Part shown: positions 53,190 to 64,000 of the stretch, piece by piece
How the letters are laid out: each line of letters opens with the position of its first letter
Numbering within the stretch: position 1 is the first letter of the stretch
Source: Octopus sinensis
Taxonomy: Eukaryota
DNA length: 64,000 bases
Reading direction: 5' to 3'
Assembly: GCF_006345805.1 (NCBI RefSeq)
Contig: NC_043002.1
Coordinates: 97,464,001 to 97,528,000, forward strand
Notes under the pieces: generated by a model
Database searches by the model: none
What the model was told of the DNA's origin: nothing
Seen by the model: only the letters and a program-made list of their open reading frames with translations
Program-made: the position numbers and the translations under genes

Positions 53190-54600
53190 TTACTTTTTCC
53201 TTGGAGAAGCTGGGGCCGACTTCACCACGCGTGGATCAGCCCCTTCATTCGCATAATTTGGTAATTCATTAATTTTCCAAATGGCGTGCGGGTTCCTTTC
53301 CCTTAAGTCGCTGTATAGGGTTTCCCCTATTGCTGCACATCTCCGCATTAATTCTCTATGTTGAATATAAAGTTTTGTCCTCTGATGTGTCACAACAGCT
53401 TCGTTTGTGTATTGTTCAGTAGTGTCGTATTCGACAAGCATACGATTTTCCTCTTTTTCTTCCGGGGCAGTTGGGCGGGATTTCTTTTTTATTGTCTTTT
53501 GTGTATTGTTTTGGTTTTTTGTAGGGAATATGGATGGGGAAGGTTTTCGTTTTCGAGGTGTTGTAAATCCACCCTCTGATACCTCCATGGTATCGTCTGA
53601 GTGGTCAACGTCTGTGGAGTAACACTTTTTGGAGCAGTCGGTGCCACAGCTTCCAAGAGGATGGGTGTTTTTATATTCGTAGGGGTTTGTGCGTGCAGGG
53701 GCTGAGTCTTTTTTGTCGTTTGTTTCGGGGCTGGCACCACAACAGGGAGAGCGGGAATTCTTTTCCTTGTGGGGATTGGTGTGTTTGTGGGGGTGGGTTT
53801 TTTTGGTTATTTGAGGGGCCTGGTGTTTGCGACAACTTTTTTTGTTTTCTTCACAGTCCGCTCGAATGTGGTCCTTTTTTCCGCATTGGTAACAGGAGAG
53901 CTTACGGCCTTCCACCTGTACCCTAAGGGCCACATTCTCCCCAACGAACACTCTCTCTGGTAGTACCTGAAGGTCCTCCTGTGTCCTCTGAATCAGGACC
54001 GTAATGCTTCGCCCGAGCCAATTCTGGGGGGTGGAGCATGTTATTTGTAAGGTTTTTATTTGGTCCGCCATATCAAACAACAGGGCGGCCACCACTTCTC
54101 TTGGGTCTACTTCAGGCGGTACTTCATTTATTCTTATCTAGATGTTCTTTTCCCCATATACATGGGTAGAAGTACTACCTCATTTGACTTCAGGGGACTC
54201 GCAGCGTGCCCGCGGGCCACTTCTTCGTTTGAGAAGCGAACCTCGACTGAGCCATATGTCCGTCCCCTTGCAATGTACGTTATGTCCCTCCATATCGGGG
54301 ACAGGCATTTCTCTATTTTCGCTTCTTCAAAGTGTTTAAACCTATCTTTGGGCAGAAGGTTTTGAACACTACGTTCCTCTTTTCCGTTTCCACCACAGTT
54401 GAAGAAGGTGATATTATCACATCACCTCCTTCTTTTTTCATTCGTTTAAAATATCCCTGTAGCATACCTACAGGCATATCAATGTTTTCGGTTGCCACTG
54501 CGGCAACCACCGAAAACTTTTTTCCATTGTTGACATGATTGCCGACATCATCATTGCTCTTTATAAGAGCACACTTTTCGTGTATAATTTCAACCGACAT
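53190..54600 (-). pseudogene. Tx1 ORF1 (gag-like, CCHC zinc knuckle); two frameshifts
   Basis: MSVEII.., frame switches near 54360 and 54140, CYQCGKKDHIRADC knuckle, low-complexity linker. Confidence 0.85.
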
Positions 54601-55136
54601 GGTTGAAATTAATAACACAAGTAATAAAATTGATTAAATTGGTTTCCCACAAACTGGGAAACCTATAAAATTTTTTCCTCTCAAAGAGGATAGTAATTTA
54701 TTTTTTTAATTATGTAATACAGTTCAAATCCCACCCACCCCTTTAGGGGGAGGGGCACAAAAATAGTCTAAAAGTCTATTACAATTCAAAAATGTTATTC
54801 ACACACGAAGAAAAAAAACCACAATGGCCAAAGTTCAGTATTTTTGCGAAAGGGTTAAATTATTAAACTATTCCTCGGTAAGACCGGGGAATATAACACT
54901 TCAAAAACGTTCAAATCTAACTCCCTGTTTCAAAGGTAACAAATTCAAAGTAATAACAACAAAAACAGCAACAATGAAGCAGTAACAACTGCAAAAATTC
55001 TTACCACGAGGAAAGACACGTGTTGACTCTTCTAAGGTAAGCGAGCTACTTACCACACAGCCACACCTACGCCGTGAAAAAAATATATAAAGCAGCACAC
55101 CTTTGGGTATTCCAATGCTATAATCAAACGTAATAG

Positions 55137-55556
55137 GCGCAGGAGTGGCTGTGTGGTAAGTAGCTTGCTAACCAACCACATGGTTCCGGGTTCAGTCCCA
55201 CTGCGTGACATCTTGGGCAAGTGTCTTCTGCTATAGCCTCGGGCCGACCAATGCCTTGTGAGTGGATTTGGTAGACGGAAACTGAAAGAAGCCTGTCGTA
55301 TATATGTATATATATATATGTATGTGTGTTTGCGTGTCTGTGTTTGTCCCCCTAGCATTGCTTGACAACCGATGCTGGTGTGTTTACGTCCCCGTAACTT
55401 AGCGGTTCGGCAAAAGTGACCGATAGAATAAGTACTGGGCTTACAATGAATAAGTCCCGGTGTCGATTTGCTCGACTAAAGGCGGTACTCCAGCATGGCC
55501 GCAGTCAAATGACTGAAACAAGTAAAAGAGTAAAAAAAGAGTAAAAAAAGAGTAAA
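55137..55556 (+). mobile_element. SINE family B, full length, same young subtype as 23853-24262
   Basis: Shared variants GCTAACCAACC, CTTCTGCTATAG, GAAGCCTGTCG, CCCCCTAGCATTGC. Confidence 0.9.
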
Positions 55557-56534
55557 GGGTAATCACTCCAGCTAAAGCATACTCGCCCTCTTTCAAAGAG
55601 AAAAAACAGGCCTAAATTAAAACCTTCCATCAGAATTTCATTTTAGTTCATGTTCAAATCATCAGTTTCATAACAACGAAGGTATATTAGTAATTTATTC
55701 GTTATTTTGCAGTGTATTTCAGAGGTATTAGTACGAAAGGGTTAAAGTCTAATCATTCCGTTATGTTTTCACAATATTTCTTTAAATAACGCTCGGAACG
55801 CCAGTCAGTTGATTTATTTATCAACAATATCAGATCAACTACGTTCAGTAACCTTGTCTGTTTGCCTGTTGAGATGCCACATAACGTCTCATTTTTTTTC
55901 TTTTCTTTTCTTTTTTTCCCATTTTTTTTTTTTTTTCATTTACAAGAAACTTTTTTCAGCTGCATCTATATCTTGGATAATTTTAAAATTTCATATTTTC
56001 ATCATAAAACGCAATTGATATCTGTGTACAGAAATCATATAAGAGAGGTGAATAATAAACGAACGTGAAAATAAAATGAACGCAGACATATTTACTTACC
56101 ATCTTCATGGTTTATATGAAGAGGACGAAAAAAAAAACTGATTTTATCATCATAACAGAGTCGTTCGTTGTCGGTTTTGAAGCTGTACAAACAAAACCAT
56201 AACTCAGAAGTCTAAACAGAAGAATAAATCAGAGCAAAAGTATTTTAAAGAAACACAAAATATCTAAGAAGAAAAAATCACGCAACACACGCTTTCATTC
56301 TTGTATGTATCTCTCGCTTGTTCCCAACTTCACGGAAGGGTGGGGGGGACACCACCTTGAAGGGTTCCAGTCAAACAATTCGACCCTGGTACTTACTATT
56401 TTGTTAAAAGTCTGATATTTATTCTATTGTTTCCTTTTGCCGAATGATGAAACAGGGACGTAAATGAACCCACACCAGATATAAAGTGGTGTTGGGAGAC
56501 AAACACTAACACACACGCGCGCTCGCACACACAA

Positions 56535-56576
<42 letters not shown>

Positions 56577-56606
56577 TATGCATGTATTCTTTTATTATTT
56601 TATTAA

Positions 56607-57008
56607 GACGGGAAGCTGGCAGAAACGTTAGCACGCCGGGCGAAATGCTTAGCGGTATTTTGTCTGGCGCTACGTTCTGAGTTCAAATTCCGCCGAGGTC
56701 GACTTCGCCTTTCATCCTTTCGGGGTCGATAAATTAAGTACGAGTTACGCACTGGGGTCGATGTAATCGACTTAATCCCTTTGTCTGTCCTTGTTTGTCC
56801 CTTCTATGCTTAGCCCCTTGTAGGCAATAAAGAAATAGGTATTTTGTCTGCCTTTATGTTCTGAGTTCAAATTCCGCCAAGGTCGACTTTGCCTTTCATC
56901 CTTTCGGGGTCGATAAATTAAGTACCAGTTCCGTACTGCGGTCGATCTAATCGACTGGCCCCCTCTCCAAAAATTTCGGGCCTTGTGCCTAGAGTAGAAA
57001 AGATTATT
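56607..57008 (+). mobile_element. SINE family A dimer (long unit plus monomer-tail unit)
   Basis: Junction AAAGAAATA|GGTATTT; probable TSD ATTATTTTATT. Confidence 0.85.
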
Positions 57009-57011
57009 TTA

Positions 57012-57215
57012 TTTGTTTCAGTCATTTGACTGTGGCCATGCTGGAGTACCGACTTTAGTCGAACAAATCGAACCCAGGACTTATTCTTTTGTAAGCCTAG
57101 TACTTACTCTATTGGTGTCATTTGCCGAACCGCTCTGTTATGGGGACGTAAACACACCAAGATCGGGTGTCAAGCGATGGCGAGGGACAAAATCGGACAC
57201 ACAAGCATACACACA

Positions 57216-57225
<10 letters not shown>
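57012..57225 (-). mobile_element. Diverged SINE family B 3' part
   Basis: GTTTCAGTCATTTGACTGTGGCCATGCTGGAG...CCGAACCGC. Confidence 0.75.
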
Positions 57226-57296
<71 letters not shown>

Positions 57297-57434
57297 TAAT
57301 AAAAGAAATTCCAACCTTGTCTGATTTTCACGTTTTAGTTACAATCTTATAATGATATGTTATAAGATAATATATTATAATTGAATAAAATAAAATGAAA
57401 TAGTAGAATGTTAAATGTTCGTTCTGATTGAACC

Positions 57435-57478
57435 GGCTTCCATGCACGCCGCGGCGCCCTCCTACTCGACTGGGCATC
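57435..57478 (-). pseudogene. Short 28S rRNA-like fragment
   Basis: GATGCCCAGTCGAGTAGGAGGGCGCCGCGGCGTGCATGGAAGCC matches, with the same spacing, the LSU motif GAUGCCC-N3-CGAGUAGG-NNGGCG-N14-GAAGCC as I recall it; not database checked. Confidence 0.55.
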
Positions 57479-57503
57479 GGAAAGTCGCCTATATATATAT
57501 ATG

Positions 57504-57761
57504 AAATTGAATATACCTATCCAATTCAAGTAACATCAGACAAACTATATCCAATGACCAGTATCAACGAATTCAAACCATACGAATAAGGTCTCTCTGA
57601 TAATAAACTACAGTTTTTACTGTAGAATTTTTTAGTCGACAACATTCGTGGGTGGGTGAGGGAGATTACGAGACCTCAATTGTATGTTTTGAATTCGTTG
57701 GTACTGGTCATTGGATATAGTTTGTCTGATGTTACTTGAATCGGATAGGTATGTTCAATTT
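57504..57761. mobile_element. MITE/foldback element with ~90-bp TIRs
   Basis: 57504-57595 pairs with 57670-57761. Confidence 0.75.
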
Positions 57762-58212
57762 TTTCAGTACTCTCAAATTTAAAATCCTGAAATACTGTGC
57801 TGAAGAGCGAGAATGATTGGAATGGAAATGCGAATTTTGCATTTTACATATCTATCTAACTCCGAAACACGTCCACAGTTAATCAAATGCCGATTGAATT
57901 TCTTTGTTTTTCATCTTTGTCTACGTGAATTGCTTTTGAGTATATGTTATCTGGAAGATTTCTTACGGTAGAGAAATAACTAGTTTCTTTGGCTGCTATT
58001 TTTAAATTTCGGTATGTGGTGAAGCAAATTTTTTGCTGAACCCTAATTATAATTATACTCATAATTATAAAAATTATTGTTTAAGTTTACCGATAATGGT
58101 CCTTTTAACATGCCGAATATTACTTGGTAGAATTATTAATTATAATTAATTGATTAATTAATTTTACCCTTTATTATTATGGATATATAATAATTCCGTC
58201 TTTTATATATAA

Positions 58213-58288
<76 letters not shown>

Positions 58289-58455
58289 TATATATAGGTA
58301 AACAGTAAAAATAATTACAGACATGGACAAGAACATGAAACACCACAGAGACGACACAAGAACCACAGGACGGGACATTCGAAGTCCTCAGTCATCAGTC
58401 AAGAACCAGATCATCTTAGCAATTTCGGCTGATTTGGAGATGATGTACAGGTATT

Positions 58456-58722
58456 ATATATTAGAAGAAATGAGGTACTCAGAAGATCGGATGGTTTATA
58501 TTTACAGATATTTATTTGCATATTACATTATTTATATATATATATATCATATCACTTAGATCATTAGCGCTTTCTCCCATTCTAGTGGGGTTGATTTGAA
58601 AACCCCACTAGAATGGGAGAAAGCGCTAATGATCTAAGCGATATGATATATATATATAAAATGTAATATACAAATAAATATCTGTAAATATAAACCATCC
58701 TATCTTCTGAGTACCTCATTTC

Positions 58723-58735
<13 letters not shown>
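58456..58735. repeat. Near-perfect ~280-bp palindrome with 8-nt loop
   Basis: ...CTAGTGGGGTT gatttgaa AACCCCACTAG...; arms ~137 bp, bounded by TA runs. Confidence 0.9.
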
Positions 58736-58789
<54 letters not shown>

Positions 58790-58947
58790 CGACGGACTTC
58801 TGCAGAGTCTCTGTCTGCCAAATTCAGCCACAAGGCATTAATCGGGGCTGTTGTAGAAGTTACATTTCCAAGGTGCCTAACATTGAGACTGAACCCAAAA
58901 ACTACATGGTTGCTAAGCGAGCTTTTTAACTACACGGCCATGCCTGC
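58790..58947 (-). mobile_element. Diverged SINE family B 5' part
   Basis: rc of GCAGGCATGGCCGTGTAGTTAAAAAGCTCGC...GGCACCTTGGAAATG. Confidence 0.6.
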
Positions 58948-59254
58948 AATTTTAAGGTCGAAATCCAGGCCGACAGTAAATTGTGCAACCGTGCTAAACG
59001 AGGACAAGTTGCTATTCTTATATATATCGATATATTGATTAGAAACAAAATAAAGCTGTTATTGATTTATCCAGGTGTTGCGATTTCACATTACCTCTCG
59101 ATAATTTGAAATCGTGTTCAGATTACCAGGAGATGAGGTGAAACTGATTTCAGTTAAACCCTAGGTTGTAAGTAGAAGGCAACTTTATCATTATCCGGTA
59201 TTCATTCATATTATACTACAACATCACATATTACTCCAGCAGCTGCTGCGATGG

Positions 59255-59277
59255 TGGTAGTAGTAATAGTTGTAGTA

Positions 59278-59317
<40 letters not shown>

Positions 59318-59476
59318 CAGCAGCAGCAGTAGTAGTTGTAGTAGTAGTAGCAGCAGTAGTTGTAGTAGTAGTAGTTGTTGTTGTAGTAGCAACAGTAGTA
59401 GTATTGAAGTAGTAGTAGTAGTAGTAGTAGTAGCAGCAACAGTAGTAGTAGTAGTAGTAGTAGTAGTAGCAGCAAC

Positions 59477-59508
<32 letters not shown>

Positions 59509-59545
59509 CAGCAGCAACAGTAGTAGTAGTAGTAGTAGTAGCAAC

Positions 59546-59609
<64 letters not shown>

Positions 59610-59648
59610 ATGGTAGTAGTTGTAGTAGTAGTAGTAGTAGTAGTAGTT
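59255..59648. repeat. (GTA)n/(GCA)n compound microsatellite
   Basis: Direct reading; source of the poly-T and poly-L ORFs. Confidence 0.95.
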
Positions 59649-60058
59649 GAGTCGAAGTTCACAGGAATCTTGTGGAGTAATACGAAATATATACAGGGAG
59701 TTCGGGCTAAATTTGATGACTTTTTATGTCTCCCTCTTTCAAGAACAGCTTGATGTGTTGGTGAACAGTCACTGGCGTTGGAGAGCATAAAAGATTAAAG
59801 CTGTAGTTGAGTAAGAGTTAACTGACATGGAGTACTGAAAGCCATCTAAATATTGGAAGACAGTTACAGAGAAACAGACGACAATAGAGCGAAAGCGAGA
59901 GAGAGGAGATGGAAGAGAGTGAGAGAGACATTAAAGCGCCTGATGTCATATAAGTCAGCGTCAAATCAACGACGCTATTGAATAAACGGTGAGCGACAAA
60001 AAAGCAGCGCCAAAATTCCTCATTTCCCCAAAACAGCTAGTTGTAATATTTATATACA

Positions 60059-60444
60059 GCTAGCAGTATCGCCCGGCGTTGCTCGGGTTTGTAAGGGAAA
60101 TAACTATAAAGCATTTTTAGAGAGTTATAGCCAAAAAATAGCAAAAAAATGGAAAAAAAATTATGGTAAATTTATTTTTGAGAGTTAAAAAGGTGGAGTT
60201 GCGTCCCCTAGACAGTCTGTGGTTTATGTTTCTGATTCTCGACCCCATGTCGAATTTATCGATTTTTTCAGAACTGGGGGAACTTTTCAAAATTTTCGCT
60301 GCGTTAGTTTTGACTTATGACATTGGGCTATGTGTGTGTCAAGTTTCATCAGAATCGGTTTAAAGCCGTGGTCAGAGTGAGGGTACAACCAAACAGACAC
60401 ACAGACACACACACAGACAAACTGCCGTTTATATAGAGAGAGAT
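60059..60444 (+). mobile_element. Helitron-like element, copy 3 (same 5' ~70 nt, different core)
   Basis: CTAGCAGTATCGCCCGGCGTTGCTCGGGTTTGTAAGGGAAATAAC...; 3' ACAGACACACAGAC..AACTGCCGTTTATATAG. Confidence 0.65.
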
Positions 60445-61156
60445 TATGTCAAAAGAAAGCAACATCGAATTTGAAACGAAAATATACAAATAGAGAACTT
60501 TTCCAAGAAACTATTCTTCGTACGAGCTAACGATAGAGCGTCTCTTCCGTCATTCGATCATCCAAAATAAGCAATTAAATATGTCCCCCCAAAGAAGTAA
60601 CATAAAAGCTCCTCTTGTAAAAACTACAGCTTCAAGAAACACTAACTTGAAACATATTTAATAATAATTATATCAAAGTTACTTTAGCTTGTTACAAACT
60701 TATTTCAACTTTTAAAAACAAATATTTCCAAGTGCTGACTTCGCTCGTGATCCTAGTGTTTCACACGTCCTGTTATAGTTCAAACAATCCGCTTATTTTG
60801 AATTAGTTTGGCTAATTGTTATTCTGAACAATATCCCTTGATAGTCGAAGCTTATACAATACTCTTCAAAGCAGAATTTTCTCTTCTGTAAAATTATTCT
60901 TATCAGTGCTTTCTCTTACAGATATTAGAAACGAACGTTCATTCGATCATTGATATTTCTATTTAGTCACGTCTTTTAACGTACTAATTGGAAAATGTTC
61001 TCACATCAACAGGAAGTAGACGTTAAAGTAGACACTGTCTAATAAAATTACTTTTACATATACATATCAAAGCAACGAAAGAATGACAATTATGAAAGTC
61101 TTTGGTGTCTTATGTGTGTGTACAGTAAATAATAATAACAAAACATTAATAACAAC

Positions 61157-61187
<31 letters not shown>

Positions 61188-61193
61188 TCAACA

Positions 61194-61250
<57 letters not shown>

Positions 61251-61291
61251 TAAATAAGAATAACAGCTACACCCATAACAACACTAACGAC

Positions 61292-61370
<79 letters not shown>

Positions 61371-61380
61371 TAATAATAAT

Positions 61381-61730
61381 CATGAGCGGAAGTAGTGGGG
61401 GAGCATCATAGCCGTGTGTTGAAAAGAATTCTTGGAGGTTTGGATAATTCGCCTTTGGAAGCATGGGTGGTTCGTTCAACATCTTTAAACAATCCTTATT
61501 CAGGGACCTTTTGAGCGGGATGGGCTACTCGACCAGAAGAAAATTCTAACTGGACCCCACCTGCAAGGTCATGCGCTGTTTATCTTGATATGAGATCACC
61601 ATATCGTGCACACATGGTTGTGATGCATGTGCCTGGTGTACCCTTATCAGACGGGTGGTCATGATGGGTATACTGGGCTTCGTATTTTTTACCCCAGTGT
61701 CACTTTGAGGTATGCACTGCTCTCTCACTC

Positions 61731-61785
<55 letters not shown>

Positions 61786-62177
61786 TAATAATAATAATAA
61801 TATAATAATAATAACAATAATAATAATCATGAGCGGAAGTAGTGGGGGAGCATCATAGCCGTGTGTTGAAAAGAATTCTTGGAGGTTTGGATAATTCGCC
61901 TTTGGAAGCATGGGTGGTTCGTTCAACATCTTTAAACAATCCTTATTCAGGGACCTTTTGAGCGGGATGGGCTACTCGACCAGAAGAAATTCTAACTGGA
62001 CCCCACCTGCAAGGTCATGCGCTGTTTATCTTGATATGAGATCACCATATCGTGCACACATGGTTGTGATGCATGTGCCTGGTGTACCCTTATCAAACGG
62101 GTAGTCATGATGGGTATACTGGGCTTCGTATTTTTTACCCCAGTGTCACTTTGATGGTATGCACTGCTCTCTCACTC
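61381..62177 (+). repeat. Two tandem 350-bp copies of a non-coding (AAT)n-tailed repeat (61381-61730, 61828-62177)
   Basis: Both start CATGAGCGGAAG and end CTCTCTCACTC(AAT)n; period 447 bp; orientation inferred from the tail. Confidence 0.85.
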
Positions 62178-62207
62178 AATAATAATAATAATATAATAAT
62201 AATAATA

Positions 62208-62242
<35 letters not shown>

Positions 62243-62243
<1 letters not shown>

Positions 62244-63947
62244 GCATAGCAAAGTGGAAAAAGTATGGTGTAGCGGAGGACAGAACTGACAGCATATGGA
62301 AGAAGTTTAGGGACAATAGAAATCAGGAGAGGCTTCTTCCAAAGAGACTGCCTGTCCCCCACTGATCTTTGTACTGCGAATGATATCACTACCACTGATT
62401 CTGAGGAAAGCAAATGCTGAGTATGTATTCAAAAGCCGCCAACAAAAAGTCAACCATTTGTTATTCATGGATGACCTCAAACTTTATGGTAAAGATGAAT
62501 CCCAAGTCAGTTCCCTCGTTGATGCGGTGTATAACTTCAGTGCTGATATCGGAATGGAACTCGGACTGAGAAAGTGTGGTGTATTAGTCTTGAAGAGAGG
62601 AAAAAATCAAATGTATGGACGGGCTAACGATACCGTCGGGGGAGGTTATGAAGCAGATAGAAGAGACGGGCTATAAGTACTTGAGGGTTTGGGAAATGGA
62701 TAAATTAATGGAGAAAAAAATGACAGAAAAATTTAAGGTGGAGTACTTGCGCAGACTGAGACTGATGCTTAAGTCGAAATTAAACGGACGGAATAAGATT
62801 AAAGCTATCAACACCTGGGCAGTTTCACTCCTCAGATATGGAGCAGGGGTAATCGCATGGATAGTAAACGAACTAAGCAGCTTAGAGAGAAAGACAAGGA
62901 AGTTGCTGACTAGATATAGGTTACTCCACCAAAAAGTGACACAGACAGATTGTATGTACCAAAAAAAAAAGAGGGGGAAGAGGACTGATTGGATGCGAAC
63001 ACAGCATTAGAGCAGAAGAAAACAACATAGCATGGTACGTAAAAAATACCACCGAACCGCTATTATTGAAAGTAAAAAGGTCAGGCTTGTGTAAGTTGGA
63101 AGATTGCAAAGATAAAGTACTGTACAAGAAATTGAAAACGAATGAAACTGAAAGTAGGTGGATAAAGAAAAGAATGCATGGACAATTTCATTATGTTGAT
63201 GATAAGAGAGACAGAGAAAAAAGATGGCTGTGGATGACTAAAAGTGGTTTAAAACAGGAAACGGGGGCCCTAATCTGTGCTGCCCAAGCGCAATCATTAA
63301 GGACATCAAATACAGAATAGACAACACATCAGAAAGTGATAAGTGCAGAATTTGTGGACAAAATGGTGAAACCGTATCACATACTACCAGCCAATGTACG
63401 CCACTAGCCCTGAAAGAATATAAGAGACGTCACGTCAATATAGCAAGACTTGTCCATTGGACACTTTGCAACAAGTATGGACTTGACAGAACAAAAAAGT
63501 GGTAAGAACATAAACCCGAAGACATCATCAAAAATGATAATGCAAAGATCCTGTGGGATTTTATGATTCAGTGCGACCATGAGAGTGAGAATAGGAAGCC
63601 AGGCATAGTGCTAATTGAGAAAGAAAACAAACTATGCTGGATCATAGATATAGCATGCCCAGCTGACAACAAGTTATGTGATAAGAAATGTTGGTAGATA
63701 TAACAGGTTCGCTTGGAAGGTAAGGCAGTTGTGGTCGCTGAAAAGGTGGCAGTATTACTAATAATTGTCGGAGCCCTGGGAACAGTGGGTAAAAATCTTG
63801 AGAAGTACATAGAACAAATAGGGGCTGCAATGAAAACAGCACTGCTTGGACCTGCTCGAATACTAAGAGGTTTTACCTTAATGCACTGGTAGTGAACAGC
63901 TGACACCGTAGTACAACACCAGCGTTAGAAGCTGTGCAAAGACAATT
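62243..63947 (+). mobile_element. 5'-truncated decayed Dong/R4-clade LINE (RT, CCHC, RLE)
   Basis: RGFFQRDCLSPL, VNHLLFMDDLKLY, LNGRNKIKAINTWAVS, CRICGQNGETVSH, ILWDF..RKPGIVLIEK..IIDIACP; (AAT)n to the left, (ATT)n to the right. Confidence 0.9.
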
Positions 63948-63948
63948 A

Positions 63949-64000
<52 letters not shown>

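Larger units (their letters stand above)
49762..55036 (-). mobile_element. Full-length decayed Tx1-clade (L1 group) LINE with 15-bp TSD
   Basis: TSD GTAAGCAAGCTACTT (49747-49761) / GTAAGCGAGCTACTT (55037-55051); 5' UTR, ORF1, ORF2 and 3' UTR in order. Confidence 0.9.

Noticed and set aside
50168-53963. Plus-strand ORFs antisense to the Tx1 element
   Set aside because: Shadow frames of the minus-strand retrotransposon genes
54930-55036. HDV-like ribozyme at the Tx1 5' end (UUCCUCGU plus GCAGU/ACUGC hairpin and CAACA/UGUUG)
   Set aside because: No valid P3, no GG for P1.1 and no matching P1 in the right register
58395-58450. Further hammerhead on the minus strand (AUCAUCU..GCC GAAA UUGC UA AGAUGAU)
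   Set aside because: The CUGANGA half is absent and stem III does not pair; at most a deleted remnant
61640-61720. Twister ribozyme (CUGG..GAAGCCCAG) on the minus strand of the 350-bp repeat
   Set aside because: Lacks the UAA and GAGRG internal-loop residues and the P1/P2 arrangement

Overview
Eukaryotic, very AT-rich, repeat-dominated DNA. The SINE families and microsatellite load look like a cephalopod (Octopus-type) genome; this is recognition from memory, not a database match. I found no convincing host protein-coding exon, and most ORFs in the track are translated microsatellites. Content: (i) a full-length but decayed ~5.3 kb Tx1-clade LINE (minus strand) inserted in the tRNA-like head of a SINE with a 15-bp target-site duplication (TSD); (ii) two decayed R4/Dong-clade RLE retrotransposons, each next to microsatellites; (iii) RTE-clade LINE remnants, three mariner relics, one Tc1 relic, mariner-type MITEs, long-TIR foldback elements and Helitron-like non-autonomous elements; (iv) three tRNA-derived SINE families, one forming ~182-bp head-to-tail multimers; (v) a Penelope-like GIY-YIG remnant and six minimal type I hammerhead-ribozyme-like motifs at five loci, one with a canonical core and the rest with core variants; (vi) a near-identical 1.7-kb tandem duplication and a short 28S rRNA-like fragment. 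The best candidates for new biology are the hammerhead-variant set, possible Tx1 targeting of SINE heads, and the SINE multimers with an invariant junction. All alignments and folds were done by eye, and coordinates of degraded elements are approximate.
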